Below, piece after piece: positions 9,327-17,729 of a stretch of DNA of 64,000 nucleotides (the first letter of the stretch is position 1; the number at the start of each line of letters is the position of its first letter). Made by a program: the position numbers and the translations under genes. The DNA is taken from positions 1,077,584 through 1,141,583 of the forward strand of contig CP070724.1 in the NCBI GenBank assembly GCA_020350825.1, in the 5' to 3' direction. Under the pieces are notes generated by a model. That model saw only the letters and a program-made list of their open reading frames with translations, made no database searches and had not been told where the DNA came from. The stretch comes from Thermoplasmatales archaeon (lineage in GTDB: Archaea > Thermoplasmatota > E2 > DHVEG-1).

Positions 9327-9412
9327 CATTTGTTTATCTTTAACGTTTCGTAACTTTAAAATAACTCTATATCATTTGCTAAATATATAGTGTGTTCTCA
9401 GGGGAGATAAAA

Positions 9413-9901
9413 ATGTTGTACACAAGGGTTAATGATAAAATGTGGATGAGAAAAAGTAGAAGAATGCTGGTAGTATTTGGTTGTTCATTTTTCTTGTTAT
9501 TATCCATTGTTTCGTTCATAGTGAGTGCACATCCACCATCAAATATAGAATTGAGCTATGACATAGACACACAGATATTATCGGTAGATATTTCACACTC
9601 GGTAGCAGACCCAAATAATCATTATATCGAAAAAGTAAAAATCGAAAAAAACGGGGAAGAATACATGAATGAACAATATACAAGTCAGCAAAGCAGTTCC
9701 AGTTTTACAGATACATATGTAGTTACTACTGCTGATTTCGATTCATTAAAAGTTACCGGCTACTGTAGTATATCCGGTTCAATATCTGATTCGATAACAG
9801 TCGGCTCTGATGATTCAACCAATAATTCAACTCCTGGATTTGAATTGATTATGATTCTCAGTGCAATCGGTTTGGCATTAGTATGGAAATCACTGCACTA
9901 A
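9413..9901 (+). CDS. secreted SOR/desulfoferrodoxin-fold-like protein with PGF-CTERM anchor
   Basis: AGGGGAG RBS then ATG 9413. Signal/TM segment, AHPP...ISHSV...NNHYIEKVKIE...GYCSISGS. C-terminus is Ser/Thr/Asn-rich, then PGFELIMILSAIGLALVWKSLH. Confidence 0.6.
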   Translation: MLYTRVNDKMWMRKSRRMLVVFGCSFFLLLSIVSFIVSAHPPSNIELSYDIDTQILSVDISHSVADPNNHYIEKVKIEKNGEEYMNEQYTSQQSSSSFTDTYVVTTADFDSLKVTGYCSISGSISDSITVGSDDSTNNSTPGFELIMILSAIGLALVWKSLH

Positions 9902-9904
9902 ATC

Positions 9905-10255
9905 TTACACTGTAATTGTTTTTGATTTTTGACCAAAGAGGCTGTCGTAGGCCGTCACTGTGAGTTCATCTCCCGTTTCAGCTTCTACTGTATAGGTGTA
10001 TGAAAAAAAGAGAAATCTAGGTTGGTTTGTATAGTTTTCTACGAGATAACTTTGATCATTCTTTTCAATTTCTATTTGATAGATATAATGCGATCCTTTT
10101 GGGGTAATGGAAAAATGTATAATAAATACCTTAAGAGAATCCTCCCCATATCTTGGTATCACAAACCCTGGCGGGTGTGCTGTTGCTAATGAGCCTAAGA
10201 TAGTTAAAACCAAGATCGCCATAACACAAATTGTGCTTATTTTCACCAATTTCAT
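9905..10255 (-). CDS. secreted paralogue of the 9413..9901 product (lacks the Cys and PGF-CTERM)
   Basis: AHPPGF..IIHFS..SHYIYQIEIEKN..LTVTAYDSLFGQKSKTITV is collinear with the neighbour. The ATG overlaps the upstream stop as ATGA (10252-10255). Confidence 0.6.
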   Translation of the reverse strand: MKLVKISTICVMAILVLTILGSLATAHPPGFVIPRYGEDSLKVFIIHFSITPKGSHYIYQIEIEKNDQSYLVENYTNQPRFLFFSYTYTVEAETGDELTVTAYDSLFGQKSKTITV

Positions 10256-11850
10256 TTTATATCACCTCCTGCACTTATGTGCCATATTTCACCTGATCTT
10301 AAGAGTGAGCCAGGTGTTCTTGTAGTTAAGATGTATAGCTCTCCATGTTCATCTTCACCAAAGCCGAGGATAAAACGTCGAAGTGGCTTATCGTTAATGA
10401 GTTTAAATTCAAAACGTTGCCACCTATCTGGTTCAATTTCATCCAGATAGTAGATTTTTCCTCGAGGAAGCATAAAATTCGTGCTCCAATCGGCAAACAC
10501 GTATTTTCCATCAAGATCAGGTGAGATGTTGCCTCGATAAACGTAACCACCGATAATAGATCGTCCAACATTATGGCTATACTCATGAATAGGTTTCTTA
10601 AGTGTTTCAATATCTATTCCTAAGAGATTAGCTAAGGCTAAATCATAGGCGTGGGTGCCTTCTAAAATTCTCCATCCGTAATTACTGCCATTTTCTACTA
10701 TGTCGATTTCCTCCCATTCATCTTGACCTACGTCTGCAAGGAATAATCGACTGGTTTGCATATCGAAAGAAAATCGATATGGATTCCGAAAGCCATAGGC
10801 ATATATTTCATCAAGGCCATCAGTTCCTACAAATGGATTATCAGGTGGAATGCTGTAAGGGGTTCCGTTATCAACATCAATTCGTAAAACCGATCCAAGA
10901 GAGGTGTTGATATCTTGTCCATTGCCTATTTCACCATGCTGGTCCCCTGCGCCTCCGCCATCTCCCAAACCAATATATAGATAGCCATTAGGTCCAAATG
11001 CAAGTTGACCTCCATTGTGATTTGATTCTGGTTGATCGATTCTCAAAATAATCTGCTCAGAATCAGGATTAGCTAAGTTAGGATCTGCAGAGACTTGATA
11101 TTCTGCGATAATACTTTCGTGATCAATTCCTTCACCAGATTTTGGAACACTATAGTAAACAAAGAACCTTCCATTGTTTTCATATTCTGGGTGGAAGGCA
11201 AGTCCTAATAATCCACGTTCATCATAAATGGGATTTAACTTAACCATTTTATCGGAGAGATCTAAAAATGGAGTTGATAGCAAGTTTTCGTCCTCAAGAA
11301 TATATATTTGACCAGTGAGGTCGGCAATAAATAGGCGATCTGTACCATCACCAGAATGTGTTAACACCGTTGGAGATTTAAAGCCTCGAACAACTCTTTC
11401 CAGCTGAGCAGTTAATGCATCATTATCGCCTGGTAAAATGCTGACATAGAATGTTACTATCCGACCTTTTGCTATTCGTACTGTCGAATTTGTGGTGTCG
11501 GCTTCTACATCGACTGTGATTGTAGTTTTTCCGAATCCAAAGACAAGAGGAATTTCAACAGTTGTTGTTTGATTAGGTTGAAGGAGCGGTATTTCACCAG
11601 AGCCTGTTTTGCCAAGAAGAATAAGCCCTCCCTCTAGCTGAATGCTCCATGTAAGATTGGTAGCATTTGTGTCACCGTTATTCCGTATTATAGCGTTAAT
11701 ACCAATTCCTCCGTTAATCACTTCGATTTCAAGTCCGTTTGTTTTCCTCATATTATTGTCATTCTGTTTATAATTACTATCTACTGCACTTCCATATCCT
11801 GCTAATAAGATAAAGATACAAATCAGGAGGCTTAAACTTTTATGTTTCAT
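10252..11850 (-). CDS. secreted PQQ-dependent sugar (glucose/sorbosone) dehydrogenase beta-propeller with an N-terminal CARDB-like domain
   Basis: ERGLLGLAFHPEYENNGRFFVYYS, NHNGGQLAFGPNGYLYIGLGDGGGAGD, YAYGFRNPYRFSFD, DVGQDEWEEID, GSNYGWR. Signal peptide present. Confidence 0.85.
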   Translation of the reverse strand: MKHKSLSLLICIFILLAGYGSAVDSNYKQNDNNMRKTNGLEIEVINGGIGINAIIRNNGDTNATNLTWSIQLEGGLILLGKTGSGEIPLLQPNQTTTVEIPLVFGFGKTTITVDVEADTTNSTVRIAKGRIVTFYVSILPGDNDALTAQLERVVRGFKSPTVLTHSGDGTDRLFIADLTGQIYILEDENLLSTPFLDLSDKMVKLNPIYDERGLLGLAFHPEYENNGRFFVYYSVPKSGEGIDHESIIAEYQVSADPNLANPDSEQIILRIDQPESNHNGGQLAFGPNGYLYIGLGDGGGAGDQHGEIGNGQDINTSLGSVLRIDVDNGTPYSIPPDNPFVGTDGLDEIYAYGFRNPYRFSFDMQTSRLFLADVGQDEWEEIDIVENGSNYGWRILEGTHAYDLALANLLGIDIETLKKPIHEYSHNVGRSIIGGYVYRGNISPDLDGKYVFADWSTNFMLPRGKIYYLDEIEPDRWQRFEFKLINDKPLRRFILGFGEDEHGELYILTTRTPGSLLRSGEIWHISAGGDIK

Positions 11851-11965
11851 TCTCTTTACTCCCCAAAATTATGAATATAAATATAAAAAGACATCAATTA
11901 TTTAAACATTTCTCTAATATATTTATTTTTAGTTTGTTAAAAATAGTGGTTTGAAGTGTCTGTTA

Positions 11966-11980
11966 TCTGATATTATCAGA
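11966..11980. promoter_or_regulatory. 7-1-7 perfect palindrome abutting the promoter motif
   Basis: TCTGATA-T-TATCAGA read directly. It lies immediately 5' of the GAGCAATACC motif. Confidence 0.4.
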
Positions 11981-12010
11981 GCAATACCTAGCAAGTAGCT
12001 TTATTAATTG
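11978..12010 (+). promoter_or_regulatory. shared promoter motif with TATA-like CTTTATTAAT
   Basis: CAGAGCAATACCTAGCAAGTAGCTTTATTAATTG. Near-identical to 13341..13374. Lies 45-75 nt upstream of the TTG start at 12056. Confidence 0.55.
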
Positions 12011-12055
12011 TAAAATGTTTTAATATATGAGGAGATCGGGATTAACGACAATACT

Positions 12056-13330
12056 TTGAAGATAGTGATCTTTCTTATTGTAACTTCAGTTTTATTGCTT
12101 TCCGGATGTTCTACTGATCAAGATACATCAAATGAAAACAATGAGATCAATAATGGAACATCTGAACAATATGATGAGGAAGAATTAGATCCGTGTGGTA
12201 ACGATATTGGTAATGGAGATGAAATCGTCTTTGGGCAGGTTACACCAACAGAGTGGAATCCTGATAATCCTTTTCGTTCATTGACAATCCATCCTAATGA
12301 TCCAAATATTATACTTATTGGTACTGAAGCAAATGGTTTTGTTAAGAGCATTGATGGAGGAGAAACATGGACCCGTTTAAGGCATGGGTTAAGACATAGT
12401 GAAGCGAGTGGTGAACAACTCTATCCAGAAGTGTATGATATCGCTTTCTCAGAGAGCAATCCAGACATAATCTATGCTGTAACAACCAGCGGACCAGGAC
12501 CGTTAGCTGGCCCTTATGGGGGTAGTGGTGGCATATATAAAAGTATTGATGGTGGTGAGACATGGGCGCGAAAGAACTGTGGCCTTGATAATGAATGGAT
12601 TCTTTGTGTTCATGTAAGTTCTGATAATCCAGATGTAGCGGTAATAGGTATAGCTGGAGGAGAAGCTTCTGGTTCGTGGGGTGATATCAAGGCGGGTGAT
12701 TATTTTGATGGCGGTATCTTTCGGACAACAGATGGTGGTGAGAATTGGTACAGAGTTAATCTTACAGATAATGATAATAAAAATGAATACAAATATATAA
12801 AATCTCTAAAAGATGATCCTTCAGTTCTTTATTTATTTGGTCTGAATTGGGAAGGCTCAAGCCCTAATATTGGATTTTACAAAAGTACGGATGCTGGAGA
12901 AACTTGGACGTCATTTTCTTCAGAGCTCAGAGATCATGTCATAACATATTTTGATATTTCTAGTGATGGAGAGGTGATTTATGCGGTAGATGAAATGAAA
13001 ATCTTAAAGTCTACTGACAGCGGAGAAACCTGGAGTAAGTATGATCTCCACACTTCAGGATACGTCATAGAGATGTTCTCAGAAAATCCTGATAGAGTTT
13101 TGTTCTCTAAAATAGATGGTGTTTATCTTTCAGAAGATGGTTTACAAACAGAAACTAAAGTCATAGATGTTAAAGGAAGGCATCCCTCAGATATTGCCAT
13201 TGCACCTTCAGACAGCAATATCGTTTACGCGATAGATATTGGCTATGATTTATACAAGAGTGTTGATGGTGGGAAAACTTTTACTAAAATAGTAAATCTG
13301 AGGGAGGATGTATTAGAGGTTATACCTTAA
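12056..13330 (+). CDS. lipoprotein with BNR/Asp-box beta-propeller repeats
   Basis: Lipobox LLSGC. Six SxDxGxTW-type boxes: SIDGGETWTR, SIDGGETWAR, TTDGGENWYR, STDAGETWTS, STDSGETWSK, SVDGGKTFTK. Confidence 0.8.
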   Translation: MKIVIFLIVTSVLLLSGCSTDQDTSNENNEINNGTSEQYDEEELDPCGNDIGNGDEIVFGQVTPTEWNPDNPFRSLTIHPNDPNIILIGTEANGFVKSIDGGETWTRLRHGLRHSEASGEQLYPEVYDIAFSESNPDIIYAVTTSGPGPLAGPYGGSGGIYKSIDGGETWARKNCGLDNEWILCVHVSSDNPDVAVIGIAGGEASGSWGDIKAGDYFDGGIFRTTDGGENWYRVNLTDNDNKNEYKYIKSLKDDPSVLYLFGLNWEGSSPNIGFYKSTDAGETWTSFSSELRDHVITYFDISSDGEVIYAVDEMKILKSTDSGETWSKYDLHTSGYVIEMFSENPDRVLFSKIDGVYLSEDGLQTETKVIDVKGRHPSDIAIAPSDSNIVYAIDIGYDLYKSVDGGKTFTKIVNLREDVLEVIP

Positions 13331-13340
13331 TATTCGATAT

Positions 13341-13374
13341 TGGAGCAATACCTAGCAAGTATCTTTATTAATGG
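13341..13374 (+). promoter_or_regulatory. shared promoter motif with TATA-like CTTTATTAAT
   Basis: TGGAGCAATACCTAGCAAGTATCTTTATTAATGG. Lies 30-60 nt upstream of the 13400 start. Confidence 0.55.
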
Positions 13375-13399
13375 TTAGAAGTTAATTTTTTGTGAGGAG

Positions 13400-13822
13400 A
13401 TGTGGATGAAAAAACAAATTTTAATAATTGTAATAATGCTGGTTTTATTGGCTGTCTGTTTATGTGGTTGTACTGAAGATAAAACTACGACTGATGATGA
13501 ATCAAATGGTGGAACAAATGGAGGAAATGGGGCAGAAACCTCTGACAATTCTTCTAAATTTTATGGTATATGGATAGAAGAAACTGATATGGAGGGTACA
13601 CCTATGACAATGAGACATATATATTCTAGTAATGGTACATATACTTTTGAAATATTAGAACGGAATCATTCAGATACTGGAACATGGGCATTGGATGATG
13701 GAAATCTTACAACAAGCACATCGCATATTACTATCTACACTTATTTGTTTTCTGATGGTGATACAATTCTTACTTTAACACACGTTACAACTGAAGAAGT
13801 GTCAATATTAACAAAGCAATAG
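13400..13822 (+). CDS. small lipoprotein, unknown function
   Basis: Signal plus lipobox (LCGCTEDK), then a Gly/Asn/Thr-rich linker. 140 aa. GAGGAG RBS. Confidence 0.55.
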   Translation: MWMKKQILIIVIMLVLLAVCLCGCTEDKTTTDDESNGGTNGGNGAETSDNSSKFYGIWIEETDMEGTPMTMRHIYSSNGTYTFEILERNHSDTGTWALDDGNLTTSTSHITIYTYLFSDGDTILTLTHVTTEEVSILTKQ

Positions 13823-13892
13823 AAGGATATTATGAATAAGAAATTACTGGGAAAAATTTCATTAGATTTGAATCACGAAATTTAATAATCTA

Positions 13893-14438
13893 TCATTTTG
13901 CAAACTTTGATACTCCTTCCCTAGATCTAGATTTTAATTCTGAATTTTTAATTTTTATATATTCATCTACGATTTTTTCTAACTTAGATAGGAAATCTTC
14001 AGAACAACCTTCTAGCGTATTTAAAAACTTTTTTTTCAATAACACCTTTCTAACTTTTAGATCTAATTTGTTATATTGTTCTTTATTTATCCTATATATT
14101 GGGGGATTTCTTTTATTCTTATCTGGTTTTATTTCAAGTATATCCATTTCTATGAGATTGTTTAGTTTCTTTACAAGATTCTGCCTGGTTGTTATACATC
14201 TTTTAATTTCTCCCATATAATAAAAATGTTTTAGCTTTCTCCCAAAAAATTTTCTCATATACTTTATTCCATCTGGTTTTATATCCCTTTTTTTTACAAG
14301 CGCGTATCTGTAGTGAAGGAGTCGCAAACCACCGTCCTTATTGTCTTGAAAATGTATAGTTAGAAAAATTATACTCATATATGTTTCCGAACTTTTATTG
14401 ATTATATCCTCTATTGTTAGTCGATATCCTTTCTTCAT
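13893..14438 (-). CDS. hypothetical protein, possible winged-helix DNA-binding protein
   Basis: 181 aa, very Lys-rich. The segment ITTRQNLVKKLNNLIEMDILEIKPDKNKRNPPIYRINKEQ looks like a wHTH recognition helix plus wing. No family recognised. Confidence 0.4.
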   Translation of the reverse strand: MKKGYRLTIEDIINKSSETYMSIIFLTIHFQDNKDGGLRLLHYRYALVKKRDIKPDGIKYMRKFFGRKLKHFYYMGEIKRCITTRQNLVKKLNNLIEMDILEIKPDKNKRNPPIYRINKEQYNKLDLKVRKVLLKKKFLNTLEGCSEDFLSKLEKIVDEYIKIKNSELKSRSREGVSKFAK

Positions 14439-15112
14439 ATTGTCACCTTTTGTAACTTAATTAATTACTAATTTACAATATCTTTAATATATTAAAAGAT
14501 TACTATTTACATGATTAAAAATCATAGAAAACAAAAATACTTACATGAAGACAGCGGAACAGACCCTCTTTTTTTGAAAATACAGGAGAAGATACATCAA
14601 TGGAACTAACGGAACACATGGAAATAATTGGTAAACTCACCTTTGTTGAAACAAACAAAGAAAAAACAAACTTAATTTCATCATGATGAAAAAAATTGAG
14701 ATTCCTATTAATGCAATACCTGCAAAAAAACTAAAGAAGCTACTAGGGCAGAAGGTAGGCGTTCTAAATATTGATGGAGAGTACAGAGTTAGAATAATAT
14801 CAAAATAATTTTTATGAATTTGTATAGGGTGAAATGAGAATGATTTAATCGATGAAAACAAGGAATAATAAATTGTTAGGTTCAGAAAATTCACGTGCAA
14901 TGTACGTAAGAGCTGTAGGTGAACGCATACCCTGCATACATCTATACCCCCCTGACGACAAATTCAACAACGCTGTCACGTGTGAAATTCCTATACTAAT
15001 TTAGGATATAATTAAGAAAAAACTAGATTGAAATAAGGAAGAAATTATAAAAAATTTAGATGTGAAATGTGAAGAAAAAATGAAAATTTAGATAGAAATT
15101 AGGAGGTATAAA

Positions 15113-16135
15113 ATGCTAAATCAAGAAGATAAAGATAAAATAATTGAAATGCGGAAGCAGGGTTACAGTTTACAAGCTATTCATGATAAAACAGGTTTTG
15201 CAATAGAGACTATTCGGAAAGTTCTAAGAGAATATGAAGAAAAAAAAAGTAAAAAATTTGAAGAAGATCAGATTCAGACAAGGGTGGTACCTTTTGACAG
15301 TACAATTGAGGGAGTTAGAGAATTATCAGTTACAATTGACAATCTTATTAAAACTGGACAGTTGAAAGAAGCTGATCGTAGGGAATGGGAGAGGCGATTA
15401 GAAGAATTACGATTCTTAATGAAAGTGGAAGCGGATGGTCGTATTCCTGCTGAAAGAGCAGATGCAGTCGTAAAAAGAGATGAGGAATGGAGGGAGGTAA
15501 TTGCACAGGATTATGTGGAAAAGGGGGTAGCTATAAATCTTGAAAATACAATTAATTCAAAGGATGTTACCATCGATCAACTCAGAAATGAAATTGCCCA
15601 GAAAGTTGCTACTATTATAAATAAACAGGATGAAATCATACAGCTAAAGAATTCTCATCAGTTAGAAGTTGAGGATTTGAAAGGTCAGAATGCAGATCTC
15701 TCTTGGCAAATGAAGGGATTAAATGGGGAGAATTGGAAAATGTATAACATCATCCAAGATTACCAAAATTATTACAATCAAAGAGATCAAGAATACCAAA
15801 AACGCGAAAGGGAATTAAGTAATGAAAAAACAACATTTAACAGGGAAGTAAAGGAACAGGAAATAATCGCCGAAAAATCTTTTTTTGAAGCAGATAAAAG
15901 GTATAAAGAGATTGAAATGCAAGAGAAGCAACTAGATGAACAGGCTGTAAAATTAAAAAAGCGTGAAGATGAATTTAATAAGAAGAAAAAGCAGTTATTT
16001 GATGCACTTAATGAAAGGATAAAATCAGTAGAAAATCGGGAGAAAAATGTCATAATATTAGAAAAAAGACTACTCAGGCAGAATGATGAGTTGGATAAAG
16101 AAAGAAAAAAATTGAAGAGATATTATGATTTGTAA
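15113..16135 (+). CDS. HTH domain plus long coiled-coil protein
   Basis: N-terminus IIEMRKQGYSLQAIHDKTGFAIETIRKVL (resolvase/terminase-small-like HTH), then about 280 aa of E/K/Q-rich heptad-like sequence. AGGAGG RBS. Confidence 0.6.
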   Translation: MLNQEDKDKIIEMRKQGYSLQAIHDKTGFAIETIRKVLREYEEKKSKKFEEDQIQTRVVPFDSTIEGVRELSVTIDNLIKTGQLKEADRREWERRLEELRFLMKVEADGRIPAERADAVVKRDEEWREVIAQDYVEKGVAINLENTINSKDVTIDQLRNEIAQKVATIINKQDEIIQLKNSHQLEVEDLKGQNADLSWQMKGLNGENWKMYNIIQDYQNYYNQRDQEYQKRERELSNEKTTFNREVKEQEIIAEKSFFEADKRYKEIEMQEKQLDEQAVKLKKREDEFNKKKKQLFDALNERIKSVENREKNVIILEKRLLRQNDELDKERKKLKRYYDL

Positions 16136-16206
16136 AATCTGTGTTATAATCTAAATCTTTTAACTATAAATTAATATTATATTACATATTATAAAGGGGA
16201 GTTATT

Positions 16207-16443
16207 ATGATAAAGAAAGGAAAAAGATCTATTACTAAATACTGGGGTGGATTTGAAGTAAAAAAAATGATTAAATTAAATAAAACCGTGCAATGTAATA
16301 GCGATCAAGTTGATGAAGTCGAATTCAACCCAACCATTGTTCAAATCAAATGGGATAAACCACCATCCAATGATAAACATGAGTTATGGTTTCCTTATTG
16401 GATCAAAATTCATGGAGAAGAAAAATATGGACAATTTGCTTAG
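16207..16443 (+). CDS. hypothetical protein
   Basis: 78-aa ORF with GGGGAG RBS. No recognisable motif. Confidence 0.35.
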   Translation: MIKKGKRSITKYWGGFEVKKMIKLNKTVQCNSDQVDEVEFNPTIVQIKWDKPPSNDKHELWFPYWIKIHGEEKYGQFA

Positions 16444-16472
16444 GTATAAAATCTAATCATAAAACATAATTG

Positions 16473-16496
16473 CACTCAAAGTCTATAATCACTGTA
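16473..16496 (+). repeat. copy of the dispersed intergenic motif (ACTCTTAGTCTCTAATCACTGTA family)
   Basis: CACTCAAAGTCTATAATCACTGTA, preceded by CTAATCATAAAAC at 16453..16465. Confidence 0.6.
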
Positions 16497-16502
16497 CATG
16501 GA

Positions 16503-17729
16503 TTACACTCCAAAGATATATCGTAAAACTGGAAACGCATATGGGAATCGTTCAAACAACCAACACAGCAAGTTAAAGTTGAAATTGAAGAGTTTGTTTT
16601 TAGGCATGCTAACATGAAGTGGATCTGACCATTCGCTTTCATCATGATATATATCACGTGCTTTTACTTTTACTTCATAATCACCGGATTTAGTCCAAGT
16701 ATGAGATGCTTGTCCTTGTCCAAGAGTTGGTTGTATCCATCCACTATCCGTTCCATCATCCCAGTCAAATAAATATAGTATTTTATCTCCATCTGGGTCA
16801 GTAGTTTGACTTGTATAGGTACATTCTACTCCTACTTTTCCAAATGTTGGTCCATTGGGCATACTAGGTTTTCCAGGTGGTTGGTTATTTGATGAATTAA
16901 AAAGATCTACTAAAAAATATACATGTTCTCCTAGTAAAAGTTCTTCTTCTAAGTTGATTTCAACAACATTGTCATAATTATAGAAATAATAAAGGTAAAG
17001 AATTTTATCATTTAGGTCATAAACATTTGAATAAACACTTGGATACTGACCAGTCTGATGTGTTGCATTACATATTGATGTAAAATATTCAACTGATAAC
17101 TCGGTCATCACGTCAAGCATATTTACTGCAGTGTCATACCTCCAGCAGGGATATCCTCCAAGCTCTGGATGGGTTTGTATGAAATTTGTTACAACTTGGT
17201 AATCCCCCTCCTTAAAAACTATATCATCGCCTTCAATGATTACTGAAGCACCGGTCGTATCAACCCATAAAACTTGATATCTTTCCATGTGTTCAAGGTT
17301 ATAATCATCATAGACATCTAATACTTCATCTACAGTTGAACAAACTGATAAAGCATACGACTCAAGAGAATATCTGTAATAGTCGTTGCTGTTGTAATAA
17401 TATGGCTTATAACTAGAATTTACTGGTAGTAGTGGTGGAGTTGCAAAGCAATCATAGAATAACCCCTGATCATTCATACCATTTTGTGGACAATGCCAGT
17501 CGGGGTCAGGTGATATTGGCCAAAGATTTTCAAAAATTAGTCGACCATATTTGTCATTTTCTGCAGGAAAAAACCTAATCCAAAAATCATAATCATTCCA
17601 ATCTTCATTACTACCTACTAAAACCTGGTTTTCTTCTGAATATGTAAATCCTGTACATGCTGAGACGAAATTATTTGATAAAAAAAGAAATATGAATAAC
17701 GATCCTATTAATATTGATAATTTCTTCAT
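16503..17729 (-). CDS. secreted Ntn-hydrolase (choloylglycine hydrolase / linear amide C-N hydrolase-like) with a C-terminal PKD domain
   Basis: The signal peptide ends ...NFVSA, then CTGFTYSEENQVLVGSNEDW (putative nucleophile Cys). C-terminal PKD-like TDPDGDKILYLFDWDDGTDSGW...HTWTKSGDYEVKVKARD. Confidence 0.7.
   Translation of the reverse strand: MKKLSILIGSLFIFLFLSNNFVSACTGFTYSEENQVLVGSNEDWNDYDFWIRFFPAENDKYGRLIFENLWPISPDPDWHCPQNGMNDQGLFYDCFATPPLLPVNSSYKPYYYNSNDYYRYSLESYALSVCSTVDEVLDVYDDYNLEHMERYQVLWVDTTGASVIIEGDDIVFKEGDYQVVTNFIQTHPELGGYPCWRYDTAVNMLDVMTELSVEYFTSICNATHQTGQYPSVYSNVYDLNDKILYLYYFYNYDNVVEINLEEELLLGEHVYFLVDLFNSSNNQPPGKPSMPNGPTFGKVGVECTYTSQTTDPDGDKILYLFDWDDGTDSGWIQPTLGQGQASHTWTKSGDYEVKVKARDIYHDESEWSDPLHVSMPKNKLFNFNFNLLCWLFERFPYAFPVLRYIFGV

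Noticed and set aside
9413-9901. Calling the PGF-CTERM protein a functional superoxide reductase.
   Set aside because: Only three of four His ligands and the Cys have counterparts, and the protein is predicted to be extracellular. I therefore report only fold-level resemblance as a hypothesis.
10107-12563. ORFs 10107..10325, 10326..10610, 12118..12351 and 12342..12563.
   Set aside because: They are antisense or out of frame within the PQQ dehydrogenase, SOR-like and BNR genes. The 12342..12563 translation, rich in His, Leu and Cys, is a mirror of Asp-box coding repeats.
14637-14900. 87-aa minus-strand ORF in the 14.4-15.1 kb gap.
   Set aside because: Low-complexity Phe/Ser/Ile-rich translation without an RBS. 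The plus-strand mini-ORFs with an SD sequence and an ATGA junction explain the region better, although they are themselves uncertain.
15787-16657. ORFs 15787..16053 (-) and 16457..16657 (-).
   Set aside because: The first is antisense to the coiled-coil gene. The second is an out-of-frame overlap with the 3' end of the Ntn-hydrolase gene.
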